A program made the translations under genes and the position numbers. Positions 39,545-48,154 of a stretch of DNA of 64,000 nucleotides are shown piece after piece (positions within the stretch are counted from its first letter, which is position 1; every line of letters begins with the position of its first letter). The DNA comes from Candidatus Babeliales bacterium (GTDB lineage Bacteria; Babelota; Babeliae; Babelales; JACPOV01). The stretch covers positions 64,001-128,000 of the forward strand of contig JBFWNW010000002.1 in assembly GCA_050250855.1 (NCBI GenBank), given 5' to 3'. The notes beneath the pieces are model-generated. The model was not told where the DNA came from. It did no database searches and saw only the letters and a program-made list of their open reading frames with translations.

Positions 39545-41147
39545 ATATTCTTGCTTTTTATATAAAGAATATGATGTACTTTCTATATAAAAAAAAGGAG
39601 AACCATGAAGAATCATTTTAAAAAATTACTATTGTTCGGATTACTCGGTGCAATGCCCACAATTTTTGCTGAGAAAATAAAGCTTGAATCAAGCAATGAC
39701 AAAAAGTTCGAAATCGAAAAAAAAGCCGCAGAACAATCAATAACTATTAAAAACATGTTAGCAGATATAGGTGAAGCAACTGATCAACCAATTCCTTTGC
39801 CCAATATAGATGGAGCAACGTTGGGGCATATGGTAGAATTTCTTACAAACATAGATAAAAATCCGAAAAAATATAAAAATCCTCAAGAACTAATTACTTT
39901 GATTAAAAATAAAAATTTAGATCTTGAAAATCTTATAAAAATAGTTAATGCAACAAATTATCTTGATATACCTACGCTCCTTGATGCTGCAACTACAGTT
40001 TTAGCAGAATATATCAATACCAATCCAAGCAATCTTGAAGAAAAAGTCAAAAAACTTCCTTTAGATATTCTAAAACTTGTTATGCAAAAATTAAATTTTA
40101 AAGAAACACCATTCAAAACACTTATGGAAGATAGATCTGTCACTTCAGTAGCATGGTCACCAGATAGCAAAAAGCTTGCATCAGGCTCAGATGACGGTAT
40201 CATAAAAACATGGGATACCAATACCTGGCAAAAGACACCTCTTAAAGGGCATACATCCTATGTCCATTCAGTAGCATGGTCACCAGATGGCACCAAGCTT
40301 GCATCAGGCTCATATGATGATAAAACCATAAAAATATGGGATGCCAATAACGGGAAAGAGCTCAAAATTCTTAAGGGGCATACAGGCGATATCATTTCAG
40401 TAGCATGGTCACCAGATGGCACTAAGCTTGCATCAGGCTCAAATGACGAGACCATAAAAATATGGGATGCAAAAAACTGGAAAAAGCTCCAAACTCTTAC
40501 GGGGCATGAAGGCGCGATTAATTCAGTAGCATGGTCACCAGATGGCACTAAGCTTGCATCAGGCTCACATGACGAGACCATAAAAATATGGAATGCAAAA
40601 AATGGCACAGAGCTCCAAACCCTTACAGGGCATACAGCTGAGGTCACTTCAGTAGCATGGTCACCAGATGGCACTAAGCTTGCATCAGGCTCACATGACA
40701 AAACCATAAAAATATGGGATGCCAATAACGGGAAAGAGCTCCAAATTCTTAGGGGGCATAAAGATTCTGTCTATTCAGTAGCATGGTCACCAGATGGCAA
40801 AAATCTTGCATCAGGCTCAGATGACAAAACCATAAAAATATGGAATACCAATACCTGGAAAGAGCTCCAAACTCTTACAGGGCATGAAGGCGCGATTAAT
40901 TCAGTAGCATGGTCACCAGATGGCACTAAGCTTGCATCAGGCTCACATGACAAAACTATAAAAATATGGGAACGAGAGTCTGAAATAGGAAAAAAATTAC
41001 AAGAAGTTATAAAAGAAAAAGAAAAAACAACCAAAATCTAAAACAAGAACTGCAGCTGGCAATGCATGAAATTGATTTCTTAAATAAAGAATTACAATCA
41101 TTGCAAAGTGAGCTGGATAGATTGGTAAAAATGCTGGGATAATCTAA
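39545..41147 (+). repeat. Tandem duplication unit 1 (upstream region, Skp1-WD40 gene and tail)
   Basis: Matches 41311-42916 from ATATTCTTGC to GGGATAATCTAA. Confidence 0.9.
39605..41041 (+). CDS. Secreted Skp1-like + F-box-like helix + 7xWD40 protein
   Basis: Signal peptide; IKLESS..KKFEI...QSITIKNML...PIPLPNID...NYLDIPTLLD; LPLDILKLV; seven SVAWSPDG..LASGS..IKIW repeats. Confidence 0.88.
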   Translation: MKNHFKKLLLFGLLGAMPTIFAEKIKLESSNDKKFEIEKKAAEQSITIKNMLADIGEATDQPIPLPNIDGATLGHMVEFLTNIDKNPKKYKNPQELITLIKNKNLDLENLIKIVNATNYLDIPTLLDAATTVLAEYINTNPSNLEEKVKKLPLDILKLVMQKLNFKETPFKTLMEDRSVTSVAWSPDSKKLASGSDDGIIKTWDTNTWQKTPLKGHTSYVHSVAWSPDGTKLASGSYDDKTIKIWDANNGKELKILKGHTGDIISVAWSPDGTKLASGSNDETIKIWDAKNWKKLQTLTGHEGAINSVAWSPDGTKLASGSHDETIKIWNAKNGTELQTLTGHTAEVTSVAWSPDGTKLASGSHDKTIKIWDANNGKELQILRGHKDSVYSVAWSPDGKNLASGSDDKTIKIWNTNTWKELQTLTGHEGAINSVAWSPDGTKLASGSHDKTIKIWERESEIGKKLQEVIKEKEKTTKI

Positions 41148-41185
41148 AAGTTTATCGCAAAATTAGAAACTTTTGCAGTTTTATA

Positions 41186-41302
41186 CTTCGATTCGGGTCA
41201 AAACCCTTGCTCCCGTCGCCCCCAAGGCTACATCGGACACCGCAGGGCGAACGTTTATATTAAAGCCGTTTGTGCTGAGTTTATCCAAGCATTCGAACGG
41301 CA
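41186..41302. repeat. REP-like palindromic element
   Basis: 41266-41302 is a degenerate reverse complement of 47911-47947; CAGGGCGAACG matches the reverse complement of 48031-48041. Confidence 0.7.
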
Positions 41303-41310
41303 GTTAAAGG

Positions 41311-42916
41311 ATATTCTTGCTTTTTATATAAAGAATATGATGTACTTTCTATATAAAAAAAAGGAGAACCATGAAGAATCATTTTAAAAAATTACTATTG
41401 TTCGGATTACTCGGTGCAATGCCTACAATTTTTGCTGAGAAAATAAAGCTTGAATCAAGCGATGACAAAAAGTTCGAAATCGAAAAAAAAGCCGCAGAAC
41501 AATCAATAACTATTAAAAACATGTTAGCAGATATAGGTGAAGCAACTGATCAACCAATTCCTTTGCCCAATATAGATGGAGCAACGTTGGGGCATATGGT
41601 AGAATTTCTTATAAACATAGATAAAAATCCTCAAGAACTAATTACTTTGATTAAAAATAAAAATTTAGATCTTGAAAATCTTATAAAAATAGTTAATGCA
41701 ACAAATTATCTTGATATACCTACGCTCCTTGATGCTGCAACTACAGTTTTAGCAGATCATATTAATGCTACGCAAACAGCTATTAATGATTTTAAAGACA
41801 AACTTCCTTTAGATATACTAAAGCTTCTTGTGCAAAAAATACCAGGAGGAACGTTTAAAGAAACGCCATTCAAAACACTTATGGGGAATACGAACACGGT
41901 CTATTCAGTTGCATGGTCACCAGATGGCACTAAGCTTGCATCAGTCTCAGATCTCAAGACCATAAAAATATGGGATACCAATACCTGGAAAGAGCTCCAA
42001 ACCCTTACAGGGCATACAGCCGCGGTCGATTCAGTAGCATGGTCACCAGATGGCAAAAATCTTGCATCAGGCTCAAGTGACACAACCATAAAAATATGGA
42101 ATACCAATACCTGGAAAGAGCTCCAAACTCTTAAAGGGCATACAGCCGTGGTCACTTCAGTAGCATGGTCACCGGATGGCAAAAAGCTTGCATCAGGTTC
42201 ACATGACAATACCATAAAAATATGGAATACCAATACCTGGAAAGAGCTCCGAACTCTTACAGGGCATACAGCCGTGGTCACTTCAGTAGCATGGTCACCG
42301 GATGGCACTAAGCTTGCATCAGGTTCACATTCACCTGACAATACCATAAAAATATGGGATGCGAATACCTGGAAAGAGCTCCAAACTCTTACAGGGCATA
42401 CAGCCGCGCTCACTTCAGTAGCATGGTCACCAGATGGCACTAAGCTTGCATCAGGTTCAAATGCATATAGCAACAATACCATAAAAATATGGGATACCAA
42501 TACCTGGAAAAAGCTCCGAACTCTTAAGGGGGATACAGCCGCGATCACTTCAGTAGCATGGTCACCAGATGGCAAAAATCTTGCATCAGGCTCAAATGAC
42601 AAAACCATAAAAATATGGAATGCAAAAAATGGCACAGAGCTCCAAACTCTTAAAGGGCATACAGCCGCGGTCGATTCAGTAGCATGGTCACCAGATGGCA
42701 CTAAGCTTGCATCAGGTTCATGGGAGCTAAAAATATGGGAACGAGAGTCTGAAATAGGAAAAAAATTACAAGAAGTTATAAAAGAAAAAGAAAAAACAAC
42801 CAGAACCTAAAACAAGAACTGCAGCTGGCAAGGCATGAAATTGATTTCTTAAATACAGAATTACAATCATTGCAAAGTGAGCTGGATAGATTGGTAAAAA
42901 TGCTGGGATAATCTAA
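41311..42916 (+). repeat. Tandem duplication unit 2
   Basis: Matches 39545-41147. Confidence 0.9.
41371..42810 (+). CDS. Secreted Skp1-like + F-box-like helix + 7xWD40 protein (paralogue)
   Basis: Near-identical N-terminus to 39605-41041; seven WD40 repeats with different variable residues. Confidence 0.88.
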   Translation: MKNHFKKLLLFGLLGAMPTIFAEKIKLESSDDKKFEIEKKAAEQSITIKNMLADIGEATDQPIPLPNIDGATLGHMVEFLINIDKNPQELITLIKNKNLDLENLIKIVNATNYLDIPTLLDAATTVLADHINATQTAINDFKDKLPLDILKLLVQKIPGGTFKETPFKTLMGNTNTVYSVAWSPDGTKLASVSDLKTIKIWDTNTWKELQTLTGHTAAVDSVAWSPDGKNLASGSSDTTIKIWNTNTWKELQTLKGHTAVVTSVAWSPDGKKLASGSHDNTIKIWNTNTWKELRTLTGHTAVVTSVAWSPDGTKLASGSHSPDNTIKIWDANTWKELQTLTGHTAALTSVAWSPDGTKLASGSNAYSNNTIKIWDTNTWKKLRTLKGDTAAITSVAWSPDGKNLASGSNDKTIKIWNAKNGTELQTLKGHTAAVDSVAWSPDGTKLASGSWELKIWERESEIGKKLQEVIKEKEKTTRT

Positions 42917-42920
42917 GCTT

Positions 42921-43655
42921 TCATAATAGCTTATAAATATCAGCCCCTTTAGTATATAAAAGGCCTTTTATGCCAAGAGACTCTGCTGAAGCAATATTTT
43001 CTTGTTGATCATCAATAAAAACAGCTTCTTGAGGATCAAAAGCATGTTTTTGCAAAACATGCTCAAAAATAGCTTTTTCTGGTTTTATTAACTGCACTTG
43101 GCAAGAAGCGATAATGTCATCAAAAAGAGCAAATATTTCTGGAAAAGCTTTTTGTAAACAATCAAGGAGCTCGTGATCAATATTAGTAAGCATAAGCAGA
43201 GAATACTGATTACTTTCTTTTAATGCAGCAATATTCTTTATGAGTTTATTATTCGGCTGCATGGTAGGTATTCTGTTTTTACTATCAAATGATTGCCTCA
43301 TAGAATTTTTAAATAACTGATATTCCCATTCTTGTGCAAAATAGCTTTGTTGATCAAGAATCTCTATAAATTGTAGTAATTTTTCTAAAGCTTCTTGATT
43401 ACTCATAAGTCCTCTCTGCCAAGAACAAAAGGATGCTGGCAGATAATTACCACGAAATGCAATAACATCTTGATATTCCCCCGGCATTTCTTCGCGCATT
43501 TTATCAAGAATTTCGTAATATTTGTCATAAGGAGTTGTTCGATACTTACAGAAAAATCTTAATGTACTCAACCAGCCTATTTGCTTTAAAATAACAAGTG
43601 GCTTTAAAAAAAATAAAACACCATAAAGGTCAAAAATTACTGTCTTTTTCTTCAT
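42921..43655 (-). CDS. HAD-family phosphatase (cytoplasmic)
   Basis: VIFDLYGVL, LTN, IKPE, FIDDQQENI. Confidence 0.85.
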   Translation of the reverse strand: MKKKTVIFDLYGVLFFLKPLVILKQIGWLSTLRFFCKYRTTPYDKYYEILDKMREEMPGEYQDVIAFRGNYLPASFCSWQRGLMSNQEALEKLLQFIEILDQQSYFAQEWEYQLFKNSMRQSFDSKNRIPTMQPNNKLIKNIAALKESNQYSLLMLTNIDHELLDCLQKAFPEIFALFDDIIASCQVQLIKPEKAIFEHVLQKHAFDPQEAVFIDDQQENIASAESLGIKGLLYTKGADIYKLL

Positions 43656-43656
43656 A

Positions 43657-44211
43657 TCAACTCATACTAAAAACAAATTGTTTATGCTTTTCATCATAGG
43701 CAAGTTTGCCTTTTAAAGATAATTTTTTTTGCTGCGCTACTTTAGGCAATGGTTCTACTAAAAAAGAATCCTTTGAACTATCAAGATGAAAATGAACGCT
43801 ATTTGTTTGGCCATCAACAGGGTGCATGCTGCCATGAAAAGTTCCTTCTAAGGATACCAACTCAAAACCCTCTTTTTCCACTGCTTTTTTTAAACTCTCA
43901 AAAGATATATTCTCATTTCTTTTAGTCCAAAAAAGTTCTATATAACTTTGTTCATAATCTTCTGTTACATTTTTAAAGAGGGGCTCTTCTATGCCATTAA
44001 TTTTTTTAAGAGCCGTTAATACTGATTCAGCACATAGCTCGCACTCAACACCGCTCACTTTTACATAAAAAAGAGAAGCATTCTTTTTCTTTCTCAATAA
44101 CGTTGAAATTTTTTGTTGATCACTTTTTTCTGATCTTTTTTTAGTGTAAGGCCCGGCATAGCTGATACAACATACCGTTATTATTATCATTAAAAAAATA
44201 CTTTTTTTCAT
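43657..44211 (-). CDS. Exported heavy-metal-associated (HMA-like) domain protein
   Basis: Signal peptide MKKSIFLMIIITVCCISYA; VSGVECELCAESV...LKKINGI...AVEKEGF. Confidence 0.65.
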   Translation of the reverse strand: MKKSIFLMIIITVCCISYAGPYTKKRSEKSDQQKISTLLRKKKNASLFYVKVSGVECELCAESVLTALKKINGIEEPLFKNVTEDYEQSYIELFWTKRNENISFESLKKAVEKEGFELVSLEGTFHGSMHPVDGQTNSVHFHLDSSKDSFLVEPLPKVAQQKKLSLKGKLAYDEKHKQFVFSMS

Positions 44212-44278
44212 AGCACATTCTCTATCTTTTATAAAAAAATTATATAATACCAAACAATCACGCCTCTTTATTTTTTTC

Positions 44279-44307
44279 TTGACAGCACTCTGGTTGCTTG
44301 TTAGGAT
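44279..44307 (+). promoter_or_regulatory. Strong sigma70 promoter with no downstream CDS
   Basis: TTGACA-17 nt-TAGGAT with extended -10 TG. Confidence 0.65.
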
Positions 44308-44312
44308 CATCT

Positions 44313-44416
44313 GTGACTAAAGAATTTAACAATGTCCCTAAACGAACAATACGATCTACTGTATTGTTCACCCCCCTAACCCTTCAGCTTTTTCTAAGTT
44401 GAAGGGTTTTATTTTT
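44313..44416 (+). ncRNA. Candidate ~100-nt small RNA
   Basis: Lies between the promoter and a + strand terminator; hairpin 44344-44369, CCCCCC linker, hairpin 44378-44408 plus T tract. Confidence 0.5.
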
Positions 44417-44683
44417 CTATCTTTTTGGCTTTGAAACCTGAAAAATTTGTCCCTTATCATTTTGTAAAATAAGCTGATCTTTACTTACCCCTTTTACAAT
44501 CCATTCATCATTAAAACGATCGCCTACTTGATAACTATCTTTATTTTCATAAGAAGCTTTTTGGCAAGACTCTTTAGGTTTTTGCTCAGAGTGTTTAATG
44601 CTATCATCTGCAAAAGAGAAAGGATCTCGTGCTTGCAAAATAGGAAAACTAATACAGACCAAAAGCATATAATATTTTTTCAT
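44417..44683 (-). CDS. Small exported protein, PilP-like
   Basis: Signal peptide then RDPF; C-terminal YQVGD...WIVKGVSKDQLIL; follows a PilO-like gene. Confidence 0.5.
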   Translation of the reverse strand: MKKYYMLLVCISFPILQARDPFSFADDSIKHSEQKPKESCQKASYENKDSYQVGDRFNDEWIVKGVSKDQLILQNDKGQIFQVSKPKR

Positions 44684-45246
44684 ACTCCCACACCTTCATT
44701 AAATTTTAATACTAAGGACATTTGCAACACCGCATCGTGCACTTTTTTTATGTCACAACAATGAATAGTGGTGGCTGGTAAATTTTTTTCAATCACCTGT
44801 AATAACTTTATAGAATTTTCAAAAGACCCCTGTACTGCACTGTGAACTACAGTTCTAGGGCTCCCTTTTTTATTCATTTTTTGTTCAGATGAAAATGACT
44901 GCAAAGATAACCCAGATTCTTCAACGAGCGAACAAAAAAGCTTGCTATATTCATCAAACGGTAATGCTTTATTTTTTGCCTCTTGTATTGAATCTTTAAG
45001 CGTTTTTATTGAGCGCTCAAGATCATGAAATAGTCTGTTGTCCTGAATAAGAGTTTGTTGACCTTTTTCTAAGGTAGCTATTCCCTGTTTATAATTTTTT
45101 ATAGTACTAAGCAAAATACGATAACAAGTGCCGTACCATAGAGCAACCAATCCTAGTAGCAATAAACATGAAATACCATACCAAGTTTTAAGTGAAAATT
45201 TGCTCGCATATGCGCTGAGCCTATATGGCCGTGCTATAAATTCCAC
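44680..45246 (-). CDS. PilO/GspM-like bitopic membrane protein
   Basis: TM, coiled coil, SGLSLQSF...VQGSFENSIKLL. Confidence 0.55.
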   Translation of the reverse strand: MEFIARPYRLSAYASKFSLKTWYGISCLLLLGLVALWYGTCYRILLSTIKNYKQGIATLEKGQQTLIQDNRLFHDLERSIKTLKDSIQEAKNKALPFDEYSKLFCSLVEESGLSLQSFSSEQKMNKKGSPRTVVHSAVQGSFENSIKLLQVIEKNLPATTIHCCDIKKVHDAVLQMSLVLKFNEGVGV

Positions 45247-45260
45247 CTTTTTACCTCATA

Positions 45261-46466
45261 TTAAAAATATTGATTTGTCCATTGTAATGGATCAATTGCT
45301 ACATTATTAATACGCATTTCCCAATGGAGATGATAACCACTTGCATAGCCAGTTTTTCCAAGCGTTCCTATAGGATTACCGCGTTTAACTACGCTACCAA
45401 CGGCAATATTTTCTGCAAATTCATCAAGATGATAGAATAAAGAAAAAACACCATAGCCATGATCAATTACAATAGTGTTACCACTTTCTGCATAACGATT
45501 TTTAACGATAACCCTACCGCCCTGCGTTGCCCATACGACGCTTTTTGGACTGCTAATAACATCTATTGCTTTATGCGTATAACGCCCTTTTTCTTGCGTA
45601 GTTCTTATGGTACCAAACTCAGTAGTAATCGTTTGAATTTCTATAGGCGGATAGAACGAACCATGCCATAGTTTTTCTTGAGGTGATTTTTGCACCAATA
45701 TCTCTAGTTCTCGCTCAAGTTCTGCATTGCTCAAACCAAGCTCTTTTTCTTTTTTAAACTGTTCATAATCAACTTTGAGAATCGATTTTTTAAACTGAAA
45801 TGCAACGACTTGAAATTTGCTCTCTAGCTTTGAACTATTACCGACATTATCCTGCGCTTCTATAGTAAAAGGATGTTCTGTTGGTGATTCTTCACATGCT
45901 ATAGGAATAAAACATTCATAAACTAATGAGTTTTTTGACTCTGGAAAACATATAAAATTATCATCGAGTGTTTTTACAAAAGCAGTTTTTAAAGGCTTAT
46001 TGGCTTGAAACTGAAGATGCAATGTTCTGCCTTGAAAAACTTTACTCTCCGTTTGCGGACGCACAAAAGCTGCTCGTAAGGGCTCATTATCAACTAAAAA
46101 TTCACAGGTGATAGTTTTTTTTGCTTGATTATACGTACCACTTACTACTTCTGCCTTTAAGGAATGTGCTCCATGCGCAAGATGTTTTGTTGCAAAGGTA
46201 AGCGGATGCTCAAAATTCTTTTTGCCAATTCTTAATTTTGAAATAAGAGGTTTTTCATCAAGCCACACAGAACACTCAGCAACTTTATAAGAATCCTTAC
46301 CTTCAAGCGTACATTGCACGTCTCCTGCATAGTAATGCTGATCAATTAATCCTTTGAGCATAATGGTTGGCTCTGCTGTATCAAAAAAGTAGTGGTAATA
46401 ATTCCATGTAGTATAGCCGCTAAAAACAAATAATAATGTTATAAGAGCTGTCTTTATATAGTTCAT
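45261..46466 (-). CDS. M23 family metallopeptidase
   Basis: HKAID, GNTIVIDHG, FYHL, GYASGYHLHWE; N-terminal anchor. Confidence 0.9.
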   Translation of the reverse strand: MNYIKTALITLLFVFSGYTTWNYYHYFFDTAEPTIMLKGLIDQHYYAGDVQCTLEGKDSYKVAECSVWLDEKPLISKLRIGKKNFEHPLTFATKHLAHGAHSLKAEVVSGTYNQAKKTITCEFLVDNEPLRAAFVRPQTESKVFQGRTLHLQFQANKPLKTAFVKTLDDNFICFPESKNSLVYECFIPIACEESPTEHPFTIEAQDNVGNSSKLESKFQVVAFQFKKSILKVDYEQFKKEKELGLSNAELERELEILVQKSPQEKLWHGSFYPPIEIQTITTEFGTIRTTQEKGRYTHKAIDVISSPKSVVWATQGGRVIVKNRYAESGNTIVIDHGYGVFSLFYHLDEFAENIAVGSVVKRGNPIGTLGKTGYASGYHLHWEMRINNVAIDPLQWTNQYF

Positions 46467-46617
46467 AAATAATCCTTGTCATAATCTAGAAAAAAACTCA
46501 TAAGTAAGTTCAATATAAATCTTTTTAAAAATAAGGTAAATTGATTATCAGAAAACTATTTCTTTAGCTATACCCCAATTTTACAAATTGCCAATATTTT
46601 GCTATAGTAAAAATACT

Positions 46618-47877
46618 ATGGAAACCTTAAATAAAGCTCTCATTCCTACATCTCCAGGTATCTATCTCTTTAAAAATAAGGATAATACCATTATCTATAT
46701 AGGTAAGGCAAAGTCACTCAAAAAAAGGGTAAATTCCTATTTTCTTAACTATCATAAGGACTGGAAAATTAAGGCTCTTATTGATGAACATACCTCCATA
46801 GACCATATTGTTACCAAAACTGAACCTGAGGCCCTCCTTCTTGAAGCTCAGCTTATAAAGCAGCATCAGCCCAAATACAATGTTTTGCTCAAAAGCGGAC
46901 AACCTTTTGTATACCTTTTATTCACAGCAGAGCCCTTGCCTCAACTAGAATTAGTAAGAAATAAAAAGAAAAAAGGTACCTATTTTGGGCCATTTTTGCA
47001 TAAAAAACAGGCCCGTAGTGTTTATAGCTACCTTTTAAGAACCTTCCGTCTAGAATGGTGTAAAACAAAAATAAAAGAAGGGTGCTTGCGTTATCATATA
47101 GATTTATGCGTTGGGAACTGCCGCCAAGATTTTAACCCTGATGAATACCTTTTTAGAATAGAATTAACCAAAGATATTCTTAAAGGACATTATGAAAAGT
47201 CTTTAAAAGATTTAAAAGAACGCATCACGCTCCATAGTAAAAATTTCGAATTTGAAAAAGCAAAAAACTTACACGAATATGTACAAAATTTAGATACTAT
47301 TTTTGCTACCTTAAAAACAAAATTTTCTGATAAAAAATATGAACATGATGTTTTTATAGCAACAATGCCGCTTGCACATAAAAAAGAACCTGATCTGAAA
47401 TTAGCTGAAGAGCTCCAAGCATTTCTGCAACACCATGACCCTATAAAAACAGTAGATTGTTTTGATATTTCTCATTTTCAAGGTAATTATATTGTAGGCT
47501 CATGCGTTCGCTTTACGTATGGCGTTCCTGATAAACATCATTTTCGTCATTTTAAAATAAAAACATTAGTACAACAAAATGATTATGCTGCATTACAAGA
47601 AATTGTGAGCCGTCGGTACAAAAATCCTGCTGAAATTCCTGACCTTATTGTTATTGATGGCGGTAAAGGACAATTAAGTGCTGTAAAAGCTATTTTACCA
47701 GCTGCACCTTTAGTGAGCCTTGCAAAACGAGAAGAAAGATTGTTTACTGGTTATAATCCTGAGGGAATTCTTCTTAATCAAAAAACTGAGGTTGGTAAGT
47801 TTTTTATTGCTTTACGCGATTATGCTCATCATTTTGCTATTAGTTATCATAGAAAACGAAGAAATAAAGAGTTATAA
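46618..47877 (+). CDS. uvrC: Excinuclease ABC subunit C (short form lacking HhH)
   Basis: PGIY...IYIGKAKSLKKRV, EAQLIK, FDISH, NDYA, PDLIVIDGGKGQL, RDYAHHFAI. Confidence 0.9.
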   Translation: METLNKALIPTSPGIYLFKNKDNTIIYIGKAKSLKKRVNSYFLNYHKDWKIKALIDEHTSIDHIVTKTEPEALLLEAQLIKQHQPKYNVLLKSGQPFVYLLFTAEPLPQLELVRNKKKKGTYFGPFLHKKQARSVYSYLLRTFRLEWCKTKIKEGCLRYHIDLCVGNCRQDFNPDEYLFRIELTKDILKGHYEKSLKDLKERITLHSKNFEFEKAKNLHEYVQNLDTIFATLKTKFSDKKYEHDVFIATMPLAHKKEPDLKLAEELQAFLQHHDPIKTVDCFDISHFQGNYIVGSCVRFTYGVPDKHHFRHFKIKTLVQQNDYAALQEIVSRRYKNPAEIPDLIVIDGGKGQLSAVKAILPAAPLVSLAKREERLFTGYNPEGILLNQKTEVGKFFIALRDYAHHFAISYHRKRRNKEL

Positions 47878-47910
47878 TATAAGTTAAGAGTTTATTCACA
47901 AACTACTAAT

Positions 47911-48131
47911 TGCCGTTCGAATGCTTCGACAAGCTCAGCACGAACGGATTTTAATACAGATACTTCCTCCGTTCAACCTAATTCTTCGATTGAATATTCA
48001 GGAGTAAGTACTGCGCTTAGTAGCTCACTCCGTTCGCCCTGACCCCTCGTCAGCTTTGCAGCTGCTCGGGACTAAAGGCCACTCGAGGGGAGCCTGCCCT
48101 GAGCTTGTCGAATGGGTCGAAGGGTACGAAC
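47911..48131. repeat. Cluster of REP-like palindromic elements
   Basis: GC-rich; CTTCGACAAGCTCAG at 47924 and its inverse CTGAGCTTGTCGAA at 48099; repeated CCGTTC/GAACGG. Confidence 0.75.
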
Positions 48132-48154
48132 ACAAAATTAATTTGGAGATAATT

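Noticed and set aside
39425..39616. 63-aa minus-strand ORF
   Set aside because: A chimera of intergenic DNA and the frameshifted HAD 3' remnant
39958..42701. Long antisense ORFs with PSGDHATE repeats (up to 266 aa)
   Set aside because: Shadows of the WD40 repeats; a stop-free antisense frame is copied with each repeat
40128..42740. Regular repeats as a CRISPR array or DGR
   Set aside because: The repeats are in-frame WD40 coding units; no cas or reverse transcriptase gene; variation is not adenine-specific
46618..47877. uvrC as a pseudogene because it lacks HhH
   Set aside because: The ORF is intact with both nuclease domains, and no HhH remnant is visible downstream
48056..48154. N-terminal extension of ClpB in the ORF track
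   Set aside because: It translates the REP-like element; ATG 48155 has a GGAG RBS
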